A DNA stretch of 64,000 nucleotides from Pseudomonadota bacterium. GTDB taxonomy: Bacteria; Pseudomonadota; Alphaproteobacteria; MPNO01; UBA2964. The DNA lies in the NCBI GenBank assembly GCA_036336885.1, contig JAYZFG010000007.1, forward strand, positions 51,978-115,977, written 5' to 3'. Made by a program: the position numbers and the translations under genes. Each line of letters opens with the position of its first letter. Position 1 is the first letter of the stretch. This document shows positions 38,418 to 47,711 of this stretch, one piece after another. The notes under the pieces are model-generated. The model did not search any database, was not told the origin of the DNA, and saw nothing but the letters and a program-made list of their open reading frames with translations.

Positions 38418-38981
38418 ATGCCAAAAGCTATTTGGAAAGATGCTTTATTAGCCGAAAGTGACACTATCGCCCACGTTGAAGGTAATGCTTACTTTCCTGT
38501 TGAAACAGTAAATTCAAATTTAGTTCGCCCAAACCCAAAACTTCCCCTTACATTCTGCCACTGGAAGGGGTTTGCGACTTATTTTGACGTTGTTGTGGAT
38601 AGTGCCGTAAATATTGGGGCTGCCTGGCAATATGAACGACCATATCAAGAAGCATCCATCATCAAAAACCACATTGCATTCTGGAAAGGGGTTGTGATCA
38701 TGGATGGACCCAAGGGTCGGGGTCTTGTCGAAAAGATCCCAAGTAAACGTGGCGATAAAAACGGATGGGAAGCACTATGCTGGTTGATTCGTCATTCGAA
38801 TAAAAATTCATTATTAGCCGATGATCTTCTAAATAATACGGGTATTACTGAAGAAAAATTCGAGGAGGCCTGGAGGATGGCTGATGTTCAACGATATGCC
38901 AAACGTTATCGCTGGACATTAGAAAGCAGGTCCCCATTGGTACTGAAACGTAGCGAGGGAGAACCCATAAAAGTTCATTGA
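38418..38981 (+). CDS. DUF427-domain protein with an extra C-terminal region
   Basis: The N-terminal ~100 aa match the DUF427 pattern (ESDTIAHVEGNAYFP...CHWKGFATYFDV...AAWQYERP...IKNHIAFW) and are followed by ~85 aa of unknown function. There is an RBS AAGGA 10 nt upstream of ATG 38418. Confidence 0.6.
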   Translation: MPKAIWKDALLAESDTIAHVEGNAYFPVETVNSNLVRPNPKLPLTFCHWKGFATYFDVVVDSAVNIGAAWQYERPYQEASIIKNHIAFWKGVVIMDGPKGRGLVEKIPSKRGDKNGWEALCWLIRHSNKNSLLADDLLNNTGITEEKFEEAWRMADVQRYAKRYRWTLESRSPLVLKRSEGEPIKVH

Positions 38982-38998
38982 TTTTCGCGACAGCTCGG

Positions 38999-39559
38999 CT
39001 AATCGTCCTGCAACTCTGTATCCCAATATAAAAAATCTCTCCAGCTTTCGTGAAGATAGTTAGGTGGGAAAGCACGCCCGTTTTCTTGTAATTGCCAAGT
39101 GGAAGGTTGCTTTGGCATATGGCGTGGGTACATTTCTATTTCCTGTACGCTTTTATTTGCTTTGCGAAGATTACAGACCGAACAGGCCGTTACAACATTT
39201 TCCCAATTGGTTCGGCCTCCTCTGGATCGGGGCACAACGTGATCAAAAGTCAATTCATGGACAGGGAACCACTTTCCGCAATATTGACAATCGAAACGAT
39301 CCCGTAGAAATACGTTAAACCTTGTGAAAGCGGGCTTCCTTGATAGGGGTATATATTCCTTAAGAGCGATAACACTGGGCAACTTCATTGTAAAACTAGG
39401 GGAGCGGGCACAAGTATCATATTCAGCAACAATATTGACCCGATCAAGAAATACTGCTTTCACAGCATCCTGCCAGCACCATAGCGACAAAGGAAAATAA
39501 CTTAGTGGCCGAAAATCGGCATTAAGTACCAGAGCGGGTGAGTTCTGCATCGGTAACAA
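38999..39559 (-). CDS. Stand-alone HNH endonuclease
   Basis: 186 aa with CQYCGKWFPVHELTFDHVVPRSRGGRTNWENVVTACSVCNLRK, the HNH zinc-finger nuclease motif. Confidence 0.8.
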   Translation of the reverse strand: MLPMQNSPALVLNADFRPLSYFPLSLWCWQDAVKAVFLDRVNIVAEYDTCARSPSFTMKLPSVIALKEYIPLSRKPAFTRFNVFLRDRFDCQYCGKWFPVHELTFDHVVPRSRGGRTNWENVVTACSVCNLRKANKSVQEIEMYPRHMPKQPSTWQLQENGRAFPPNYLHESWRDFLYWDTELQDD

Positions 39560-39757
39560 AATATTCTAACCTAGTAACTTATAACTATTTAACGAAATAG
39601 GCTTTTAATTTATTTTAAATTCGTTCCCCTTACAGAGGAAATGTTACAAGTTAATCACGGGTCATACAACTTAAGACCATAAATATAAATTTGACGCCCG
39701 GGTATTAGAAGCCTTTAATTCTGTAACGAGCGACGTGAGTTTCGAAAGGATCTTAAC

Positions 39758-40252
39758 ATGAGCACAAAGACATCTGTAATTAACTCTAAATTTTTATCGC
39801 ATGGCACTTTGGGATCAAAAGACCTCAATGCAACACGGAGATTCTATGAAGAATTTCTCGGTATTGAAGTTATGCAGACAAGTAAAATTTCACTTATGAT
39901 TCGGTTGGGTGGAAATCACATTTATGCTGTTGTTCAGGACAAAAATATGGGTGAAATGCCTCGTCTAAACCACAACGGCATTGATGTTGACAGTGACTCT
40001 GAAGTCGACAAATCCTATCAAGCTGTTCTTGATGGTGCAGAGCAGTGGGGCCTATACAACCCCTCAAAACCGGTTGAACAACATGGAACATACAGTTTCC
40101 ATTTCTGGGATCGCGACGGAAACTGTTGGGAAATTCTTAGCAACCCACGAGATGGATATAACTGGATTTTCAATATGGGTGACCTTGAAGGAAAGGGTCA
40201 CTGGGATCCGGAACTCAGAAAGTCGCGGCTTGAAGCTTCTCTAGATACTTAG
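39758..40252 (+). CDS. VOC family protein (glyoxalase-like)
   Basis: 164 aa: LSHGTLGSKDLNATRRFYEEFLG, a VOC fold. Confidence 0.55.
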   Translation: MSTKTSVINSKFLSHGTLGSKDLNATRRFYEEFLGIEVMQTSKISLMIRLGGNHIYAVVQDKNMGEMPRLNHNGIDVDSDSEVDKSYQAVLDGAEQWGLYNPSKPVEQHGTYSFHFWDRDGNCWEILSNPRDGYNWIFNMGDLEGKGHWDPELRKSRLEASLDT

Positions 40253-40917
40253 TCTCTCATTCTGAGAACTTTAGCGAGAAAGTCCCCACCCGTAATTACT
40301 CCTTCTTGGTCAATACCATGGGCAAGTCTGGGTCTCGCACAAGTCTCAACTTCTATACCATTCTTTCGGAGTTGGCCTGCAGCATTTTCCATCAAATCAA
40401 TCGACAATAGTGGATCTTCCTCGCCATGGATCAGCATGATAGGGGGACGCACCGAAATTTCATCAGCAAGCTTTTCGGGTGCCTCCAACCTTCCCGAATA
40501 ACCTAAAATTCCAGCAGGAGATTTTATCCGTCGAACACCAACATGCAGAGACAACATTGTCCCTTGCGAAAATCCGAGTAAAGCTAATTTTTCGTCAGAC
40601 AAACCAAGCCTTTCGAGCTCAGAATCTATAAATGCATTGATCGTTGCAGCGGCTAATTCTATCTGAGACAGTCGGTCATAATCATCTCCCTCCCAGACAT
40701 CGAACCACTGCAGACCTCCAAATGGGTTTTGTGCACATCGATGAGGTGCATTGGGAGACATAAAGACTGTATCAGGTAATATTTTTGATAAAGGAGACGC
40801 CAGACCAATCAGGTCGTCCCCATTTGCACCATAGCCATGCAGTAAAATAACAACACTCTTTGCAGAACCTGACAACGGCTCCACGACAGGTCCAGAAAGT
40901 GTGGGCAAATCAATCAT
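40249..40917 (-). CDS. Phospholipase/carboxylesterase-family alpha/beta hydrolase
   Basis: 222 aa with ILLHGYGANGDDL, GFSQGTM (nucleophile elbow) and LIHGEEDP. Confidence 0.75.
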   Translation of the reverse strand: MIDLPTLSGPVVEPLSGSAKSVVILLHGYGANGDDLIGLASPLSKILPDTVFMSPNAPHRCAQNPFGGLQWFDVWEGDDYDRLSQIELAAATINAFIDSELERLGLSDEKLALLGFSQGTMLSLHVGVRRIKSPAGILGYSGRLEAPEKLADEISVRPPIMLIHGEEDPLLSIDLMENAAGQLRKNGIEVETCARPRLAHGIDQEGVITGGDFLAKVLRMRD

Positions 40918-41564
40918 GATGGTTTTCCTCCCGCTAGCGGTCTAATGACACAAAGGTAATAATGCCAGAGTATGCGGGCTGCAACCGACCTATGGGGCCT
41001 CCATCTGTCTCCAAACTCCATTAGTGCATCCTGATCAGGGCGAGATGTTAGATTTTTGACCTTTTCTACGCTTACGGCCAAAGCTACGTCTCCAACCGGC
41101 CATACATCTGGCCTACCTAAAGCCTCCATTAAATATACGTCTGCTGTCCAGGGGCCAATCCCTGGTATTTTCATCAGTTCCTTTCTTGCCAAATTGTCAC
41201 TGCATACACGTAAATCATTAAGTCTTAAGCTGCCATCTATGATCGCCTGAGCTAAAAAACGACAATAACGTATTTTCTGTCGCGAAAAACCAAGCTCCCG
41301 TAATTCTACATCTTTTACTAACAATAGCGTATCTGGCGTAGGCTCAGACCCTATCCAAGCTACCAACCGCTCAAAGGTTGCCCGCGCAGAGGCAAGAGAT
41401 ACTTGCTGTTCGAGTATCAGATAAAGCAACGTACGAAAACTCTCTGACCTATTCCAGAGTGGTGGGACACCAAATTTGTCCACTACAATTTCTAAATCAG
41501 GGTCTTGGGCACAAAGTTCAGCGGTAGCTAATTCCAGCCGTTCATGGTCAAGACGTATGGTCAC
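40914..41564 (-). CDS. DNA-3-methyladenine glycosylase II (AlkA-like, HhH-GPD)
   Basis: 216 aa with the HhH-GPD segment IPGIGPWTADVYLMEALGRPDVWPVGD (catalytic Asp). Confidence 0.75.
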   Translation of the reverse strand: MTIRLDHERLELATAELCAQDPDLEIVVDKFGVPPLWNRSESFRTLLYLILEQQVSLASARATFERLVAWIGSEPTPDTLLLVKDVELRELGFSRQKIRYCRFLAQAIIDGSLRLNDLRVCSDNLARKELMKIPGIGPWTADVYLMEALGRPDVWPVGDVALAVSVEKVKNLTSRPDQDALMEFGDRWRPHRSVAARILWHYYLCVIRPLAGGKPS

Positions 41565-42409
41565 CTATGCAGACCCCTCTGTATCTCGATATAATCTGGA
41601 TGTTCAGGGTGTAAAATTCCGTGGCGAATAAAAAAGTCAATATTTACTGCTGCACAATTGAACTTAAAGGCTGTGGTATCGGAAGTAATGGACATTACCT
41701 CTTGGGCAGGTAAAAGCTTAAATTCAGCAACTTCTCCATCATTATTGACTGGGTTAAAATCAGGAGGTAATTCCAAGTCAAACACAAACATTACATCTGG
41801 CTTCACGCAATTATCTTCTTTATGTCGATATGAAATTGACCCCACCGGCCTCGCCTTTTGGGCTATTTCCGCGGGGATCGCAGCTTCTTCAGCACATTCT
41901 TTTATAAGATTCTCGACCAAACTTAGCCCTACTGGTTGGCCTCCCGCCACCATATTATCGAGCATGCCAGGATAGGTTGGCTTGTCGTCGGCACGACGAC
42001 CTATCCACATCATCAGCTCATCTTTGCAGCGGACAAATCCATTTATATGAATTCCATAAGCTGAAACACCAAATCGGGGTACAGCACTGCGATCCATTTC
42101 CAAAAAAGGGACGCTATAAAACCCGTCACCAACCGGGTAAGCTTCATCGCGCCAACCATTGACCCAACCCTCTTCAACCAAAGTTTCTAATACCAAAGCG
42201 AGAGCATTAGTTCGATCCTCATAATTTTTTAAATCAGCTGAGAGAGAAATTCCCTCAGCGGAAAATTCGAAAACACTGTCAAAACGTTTTAATACATCGA
42301 AAAAATCGTGATGCAGCCAACCCACAGGGACGCCCCAAATTGAGAATTCCCTATAATCTGAGAGGTTTTCACAATTGTTACAATTTTTAATTCTGTCGAG
42401 TAAACTCAT
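41561..42409 (-). CDS. NUDIX hydrolase with an N-terminal DUF4743-like domain
   Basis: 282 aa with the Nudix-box-like GGQPVGLSLVENLIKECAEEAAIP. It makes 4-bp overlaps with the AlkA and esterase genes, suggesting an operon. Confidence 0.65.
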   Translation of the reverse strand: MSLLDRIKNCNNCENLSDYREFSIWGVPVGWLHHDFFDVLKRFDSVFEFSAEGISLSADLKNYEDRTNALALVLETLVEEGWVNGWRDEAYPVGDGFYSVPFLEMDRSAVPRFGVSAYGIHINGFVRCKDELMMWIGRRADDKPTYPGMLDNMVAGGQPVGLSLVENLIKECAEEAAIPAEIAQKARPVGSISYRHKEDNCVKPDVMFVFDLELPPDFNPVNNDGEVAEFKLLPAQEVMSITSDTTAFKFNCAAVNIDFFIRHGILHPEHPDYIEIQRGLHR

Positions 42410-42544
42410 CTAATCTAAACCCTAATTCGGATCCCCACCATCAACCAACTAATTGATATAATCGACACAAGAATGCAAAGTGGAGATGAAGCAGATCTGA
42501 CCTTGCAACCTATTAAAATATGTTTATCTATAAAGAGTACGATC

Positions 42545-42742
42545 ATGCAACAAACATTTCCATGGCTCATTATCATCGCGGTAGGTATTACTTTTTTGGT
42601 TATGGTAACGGGCGTGGTAGGGATGTTGCGTCCTGGTAAGGGAAACGCAAAACGATCAAATATACTCATGCGTTATCGTATATTTTTTCAAGCAATAGCA
42701 ATCGCTCTTGTTGCTATAGCATTTTTGATAGGGAGAGATTAA
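42545..42742 (+). CDS. Small twin-transmembrane-helix protein (DUF2909/HIG1-like)
   Basis: 65 aa with two hydrophobic helices separated by RPGKGNAKRSN. The start is moved to the internal Met. Confidence 0.45.
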   Translation: MQQTFPWLIIIAVGITFLVMVTGVVGMLRPGKGNAKRSNILMRYRIFFQAIAIALVAIAFLIGRD

Positions 42743-42869
42743 TTATTGCGTATACCTTAATACCAATACGCAGCATATTGATCCTGTATTAATTTATTCG
42801 TATATCTTTAACCATAGGTGCGAATGAGTTATACGAAGCATCAAATGTCAAATAAAATTCGGGTTTAAC

Positions 42870-43619
42870 ATGAAAATTCTCGTCGCTGTCAAACGGGTCA
42901 TAGATTACAATGTCAAAGTACGTGTGAAGGGAGACAATACTGGCGTTGAGTTAACCAACGTCAAAATGTCTATGAACCCTTTTGACGAGATCGCTGTAGA
43001 AGAGGCAATAAGGCTTCATGAAGCCGGGATTGCAACGGAGGTGATCGCTGTGTCATTAGGGGAAGCCAAATGTGCCGAAACTATCCGAACTGCATTAGCC
43101 ATGGGTGCGGATCGCGGCATTCATGTAAAAACTGATGAGGAGTTACAGCCTTTGGCCGTAGCAAAGCTCCTTAAGGCAATTTGTGAAAAAGAAACCCCTG
43201 ATATGGTGATTGTCGGCAAACAGGCTATCGATGATGACTGTAGCCAAACCGGCCAGATGCTTGCAGCCCTCATGGGTTGGGCGCAGGGTACCTTTGCATC
43301 CAAAGTAGAAATAAATGATGAAAAAGCACAAATAACCCGGGAAATAGACGGGGGATTAGAGACAGTTGAGCTGTCTATGCCCATTGTCGTCACCACGGAT
43401 TTACGACTCAACGAGCCGCGTTATGCATCTCTTCCAAATATTATGAAAGCCAAGAAAAAGCAAATTGATGAATATTCCCCGGAGGACCTCAAAATTGATG
43501 CATCGCCAAGACTTAAAACTTTACGGGTTGATGAACCACCGCCTCGTCAAGGGGGCGGTAAAGTGGCCGACGTTGCCGAACTGGTAGATAAGCTTAAAAA
43601 TGAAGCGGGAGTAATCTGA
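42870..43619 (+). CDS. etfB: Electron transfer flavoprotein beta subunit
   Basis: [19 protein letters not shown]... Confidence 0.9.
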   Translation: MKILVAVKRVIDYNVKVRVKGDNTGVELTNVKMSMNPFDEIAVEEAIRLHEAGIATEVIAVSLGEAKCAETIRTALAMGADRGIHVKTDEELQPLAVAKLLKAICEKETPDMVIVGKQAIDDDCSQTGQMLAALMGWAQGTFASKVEINDEKAQITREIDGGLETVELSMPIVVTTDLRLNEPRYASLPNIMKAKKKQIDEYSPEDLKIDASPRLKTLRVDEPPPRQGGGKVADVAELVDKLKNEAGVI

Positions 43620-44575
43620 TGGGTGTCTTAGTAATTGCTGAACATGACAATCATGAGATCAAAGGGGCAACCTTAAATACGGTAACCGCCGCTGTGGCGC
43701 TGGCCGCTGGAGATATTGAAGTGTTGGTTGCGGGCGAGAACTGTCAAACAGTAGCCGAACAAGCCGCAGCCATAAAAGGAATAAGTAAGGTTCGAATGGT
43801 TGACAATGGCCTGTATGGTAACGGGCTAGCCGAACCATTTGCCGCGTTAATCGTCGGGCTTGCAGAAGATTATACGCATATTTTGCTGTCACACACCACT
43901 AGTGGCAAGAATGTTGCACCGCGGGTTGCCGCTTTACTCGATGTTGTACAGGTGTCCGATATCATGGAGGTTCAATCATCCAATACATTTGTTCGCCCCA
44001 TTTATGCTGGAAATGCTCTGGCAACTGTGCAGGCTGACGACCCAAAGCTTGTCATAACCGTTCGTAGTACGGCTTTTGAAAAAACAGAGCTTGGCGATGA
44101 AAAAGTTACGATTGAAACAATGGAGGCGGGCAAAAATCCTGAAATTTCTTCTTTTGTTGGACAAGAATTAACAAGATCCGAACGGCCAGAACTAACATCA
44201 GCCCGAATAGTGGTCTCCGGTGGACGAGGGATGCAATCGGGAGACAATTTCCATTTGGTGGAAGCTGTTGCTGATAAAATTGGAGCAGGAGTTGGAGCAT
44301 CCCGCGCAGCGGTAGATGCGGGATATGTGCCCAACGACTATCAAGTGGGTCAAACGGGTAAAATTGTTGCACCTGAACTTTATGTGGCAGTGGGGATCTC
44401 AGGGGCGATCCAGCACCTTGCGGGGATGAAAGACAGTAAAGTCATTGTCGCAATTAATAAGGATGAAGAGGCACCAATTTTTCAGGTTGCCGACTATGGT
44501 CTGGTTGGGGATCTATTTGAAGAATTACCCGCTTTGACCTCAGAACTTGAAAAGCAGGGTATCAAGCCGCGGTGA
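43619..44575 (+). CDS. etfA: Electron transfer flavoprotein alpha subunit
   Basis: 318 aa with the C-terminal FAD-binding motif region [27 protein letters not shown]. Confidence 0.9.
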   Translation: MGVLVIAEHDNHEIKGATLNTVTAAVALAAGDIEVLVAGENCQTVAEQAAAIKGISKVRMVDNGLYGNGLAEPFAALIVGLAEDYTHILLSHTTSGKNVAPRVAALLDVVQVSDIMEVQSSNTFVRPIYAGNALATVQADDPKLVITVRSTAFEKTELGDEKVTIETMEAGKNPEISSFVGQELTRSERPELTSARIVVSGGRGMQSGDNFHLVEAVADKIGAGVGASRAAVDAGYVPNDYQVGQTGKIVAPELYVAVGISGAIQHLAGMKDSKVIVAINKDEEAPIFQVADYGLVGDLFEELPALTSELEKQGIKPR

Positions 44576-44613
44576 TGAGGTCTGATAAGGATCAAATTAA
44601 GTGAAATTTCAAT

Positions 44614-45501
44614 ATGAATAAGCGCTCAGGTATTACCAATATAGGTATTGTTGGTGCTGGACAAATGGGTAGTGGGATAGCGCAGGTATGCGCACAATTT
44701 GGCTACCATGTTATGCTTGCTGACACCTCTTCTGAAATTTTAGATAAATCTCTCGCTAATATTGAAAAGCAAGCCCAACGACTACTGGGAAAAGAACGAT
44801 TAACGAAACAAGAGTTTGAGGCAATCTCTTCTAATATTTCTAAGACAACTAATTTAAGCGCCTTCAGTGATTGCGATCTAGTAATAGAAGCCGCAACGGA
44901 AAATGAAGAAATAAAAAAGTCAATTTTTGAAACCCTTGTGCCAATCCTGGGAAATAAAACTATTTTAGCGACAAATACCTCTTCTATTTCAGTAACACGT
45001 TTGGCCGCCTCGACAGGTCGCCCTGATAAATTTATAGGGATTCACTTCATGAATCCTGTCCCCGTAATGAACCTAGTAGAAGTAATTCGTGGGATGGCTA
45101 CAGATGAATTGACTTACAAATTTGTAAGCAAATTTATAAGTCAATTAGGGAAAACAGCTATAACGTCTGAGGACTACCCGGCATTTATCGTCAACAGAAT
45201 TCTTGTACCAATGCTTAATGAAGCAATGTGGGTACTTCATGAGGGTGTTGGCCGCGTTACCGACATTGATAAAGCGATGAAACTAGGTGCCAATCATCCG
45301 ATGGGACCGTTAGAGTTAGCTGATTTTATCGGGCTAGATACATGTTTATCAATTATGCAAGTTTTGTATCAGGGCATGGGCGACAGCAAATATCGACCGT
45401 GCCCGCTACTAGTAAATTATGTTGAAGCTGGCTGGCTCGGACGTAAATCTGGTCGAGGGTTTTATGATTACTCTGACAACAAGCCAATCCCAACTGGCTG
45501 A
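44614..45501 (+). CDS. hbd: 3-hydroxybutyryl-CoA/3-hydroxyacyl-CoA dehydrogenase
   Basis: NAD Rossmann fold IGIVGAGQMGSGIAQV, and the 3HCDH signature region. Confidence 0.85.
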   Translation: MNKRSGITNIGIVGAGQMGSGIAQVCAQFGYHVMLADTSSEILDKSLANIEKQAQRLLGKERLTKQEFEAISSNISKTTNLSAFSDCDLVIEAATENEEIKKSIFETLVPILGNKTILATNTSSISVTRLAASTGRPDKFIGIHFMNPVPVMNLVEVIRGMATDELTYKFVSKFISQLGKTAITSEDYPAFIVNRILVPMLNEAMWVLHEGVGRVTDIDKAMKLGANHPMGPLELADFIGLDTCLSIMQVLYQGMGDSKYRPCPLLVNYVEAGWLGRKSGRGFYDYSDNKPIPTG

Positions 45502-45506
45502 GTTTA

Positions 45507-46091
45507 TCAATTTAAATTTCGATAGTGATCAATTAGTCCTAAGGCCTGGAGTGTATCCCATTCCGCCATCCCATTTAAACGTCCAAGCTCCATACCATTT
45601 TTTGAAAACAAAATGGTAGTTGGCAAGCCTACGACTTTTAGCGTTCGGGCAATTCTCATATCTCTATCAACGTATACAGGTAATTTATTGATCCTCAATT
45701 TATCTAGGAATGGCGAGACTTTCTCCCATTCTTTCAAATCCTGGGATAAAGCAAGAACCGTAAAATCACTTCCACCACGCTTTTTTTGAAGGTTAGCTAA
45801 TGACGGCATTTCGCGGATACACGGACCACACCAAGTAGCCCAAAAATTCACCAAAACGACCTTACCTCTATACTTTTTTAGCGACACCAATTCACCACTT
45901 TTAGCCAACGCTTCCATTTTAAGCGTTGGCCCAAGCGTATCAGTCCGGATAAAATTTTTCATCGAACCCGTCAGTGGTGGTAAACTGGATAAGGTATTAG
46001 AATTATTTTGACTTGATTTATTGACAAAAAACGCCCAGATGGCGGTGCCAACGGCTAAAAGAGCGATCAAAATGATTACAGTTTTACGCAT
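45507..46091 (-). CDS. TlpA-like periplasmic thiol:disulfide oxidoreductase (thioredoxin fold)
   Basis: WATWCGPC active site and an N-terminal membrane anchor. The start is reassigned to MRKTVIILIALLAV. Confidence 0.75.
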   Translation of the reverse strand: MRKTVIILIALLAVGTAIWAFFVNKSSQNNSNTLSSLPPLTGSMKNFIRTDTLGPTLKMEALAKSGELVSLKKYRGKVVLVNFWATWCGPCIREMPSLANLQKKRGGSDFTVLALSQDLKEWEKVSPFLDKLRINKLPVYVDRDMRIARTLKVVGLPTTILFSKNGMELGRLNGMAEWDTLQALGLIDHYRNLN

Positions 46092-46122
46092 TTTACCTCT
46101 TAAACGGAATTGAGATGGAACG

Positions 46123-47580
46123 ATGAACGCAAAGAACACCAGCACTTCCAAGACGCGGGCTAACCCTGCCACGGTCACCCCTACTCGGAAAAGTAAAAAT
46201 ATAACTAATACAATTTGGGGCGGTCGATATAGCAAAGGGCCGGACGCATTAATGGAAGAAATAAACGCTTCGATTAGTTTTGATCAAAGACTTTATATTC
46301 AAGATATCAAAGCTTCGGTCGCGCATTGCAATATGCTAATAGATCAAAAAATTATTGACTCTATTGCAGGTAACAAAATTATCGAAGGCCTCAAAGAAAT
46401 TAAGGAAGAATTAGATAGGGGAGTTTTTGAATTTAAGGACTCTTTGGAGGATATCCATCTTAATATTGAGGGTAGATTAACCGAGTTAATTGGGGAGGAT
46501 GCCGGTAGACTCCATACAGCAAGATCACGAAACGATCAGGTCGCGACAGATTTTAAGCTTTGGATTAGGGATGAGATTGATGGGCTTGATGAAAGCCTTA
46601 AAACTTTGCAGTCGGTCTTAATTGATCAAGCTGAGAAAAATTCTGAGACCATTATGCCTGGGTTTACGCATTTACAAGCCGCCCAACCAGTAACTGTCGG
46701 CCATCATCTATTAGCATACGTCGAAATGTTTGGCAGAGATCGTAGCCGTTTTAGGGATGCCAGAGTAAGGCTCAACGAAAGTCCCCTCGGATCTGCAGCG
46801 TTGGCAGGCACATCATTTCCGATTGATCGGAAGCAAACCGCTTCAGCGCTTGGGTTTGATCGACCGTCAAATAATTCTATGGACGCCGTATCAGACCGGG
46901 ACTTTGCACTCGATTTCTTGTCTGCAGCTGCTATCACTGCCCTGCATCTCTCACGCCTAGGCGAAGAGATTGTTATATGGTGCTCAGCACAGTTCTCATT
47001 TGCTCATCTCAGTGACGCATATTCTACGGGCAGTTCAATAATGCCACAAAAACGGAATCCAGATGCGGCTGAACTGGTACGAGGTAAAAGTGGTAGAATT
47101 ATTGCCGCTTTGATCAATTTAATAACGGTAATCAAAGGGCTACCGATGGCCTATTCGAAAGATTTACAAGAGGACAAGGAACCCGTATTTGAAGCTGCAG
47201 ACTCCTTAGGACTCTCGGTTGCTGTGATGTCTGGAATGATAAAAGATTTAGATTTTGATATCGACCAGTTAAACAAAGCGGCCGAGGTAGGGTTCACCAC
47301 CGCAACCGATCTCGCGGACTGGATCGTGAGAGTTTTGGATATGCCGTTTCGAAAAGCACATCATATAACCGGTGAACTGGTAAAGGCTGCCGAAGAGTCC
47401 GGCCGCAGGCTCGATGAGTTATCGCTGCCAGAAATGCAGGTGGTAGAACCAAAAATTACTGATGATGTATTTTCTGTCTTGGCGGTGAAAGATTCGGTAA
47501 AGAGTAGAACAAGCCACGGTGGAACAGCTCCAAAAAATGTCTTGATCGAGGTAAAAAATGCTCGTGCGAGGTTCTTGTGA
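46123..47580 (+). CDS. argH: Argininosuccinate lyase
   Basis: WGGRYS near the N-terminus and the lyase_1 signature [13 protein letters not shown] ~30 aa low-complexity N-terminal extension makes the true start uncertain. Confidence 0.9.
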   Translation: MNAKNTSTSKTRANPATVTPTRKSKNITNTIWGGRYSKGPDALMEEINASISFDQRLYIQDIKASVAHCNMLIDQKIIDSIAGNKIIEGLKEIKEELDRGVFEFKDSLEDIHLNIEGRLTELIGEDAGRLHTARSRNDQVATDFKLWIRDEIDGLDESLKTLQSVLIDQAEKNSETIMPGFTHLQAAQPVTVGHHLLAYVEMFGRDRSRFRDARVRLNESPLGSAALAGTSFPIDRKQTASALGFDRPSNNSMDAVSDRDFALDFLSAAAITALHLSRLGEEIVIWCSAQFSFAHLSDAYSTGSSIMPQKRNPDAAELVRGKSGRIIAALINLITVIKGLPMAYSKDLQEDKEPVFEAADSLGLSVAVMSGMIKDLDFDIDQLNKAAEVGFTTATDLADWIVRVLDMPFRKAHHITGELVKAAEESGRRLDELSLPEMQVVEPKITDDVFSVLAVKDSVKSRTSHGGTAPKNVLIEVKNARARFL

Positions 47581-47711
47581 TGCGTTTCTTTGTCCTGTGT
47601 ATTTTACTAATAGCGGTTACTTCGCCGCTTTTTGCCTGTGGTAAGAAAGGTAGTTTAGAGCCGCCGGTGAACGCGCAGAAGACTGACTACCCAAGGACCT
47701 ATCCACAATGA
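47580..47711 (+). CDS. Small lipoprotein (43 aa), YifL/LptM/LppL-like, overlapping both neighbours
   Basis: [29 protein letters not shown]... with lipobox LFAC and the post-Cys G(K/L)KGPL-type motif. ATGA overlaps link it to the argH stop and the lysA start. Confidence 0.5.
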   Translation: MRFFVLCILLIAVTSPLFACGKKGSLEPPVNAQKTDYPRTYPQ

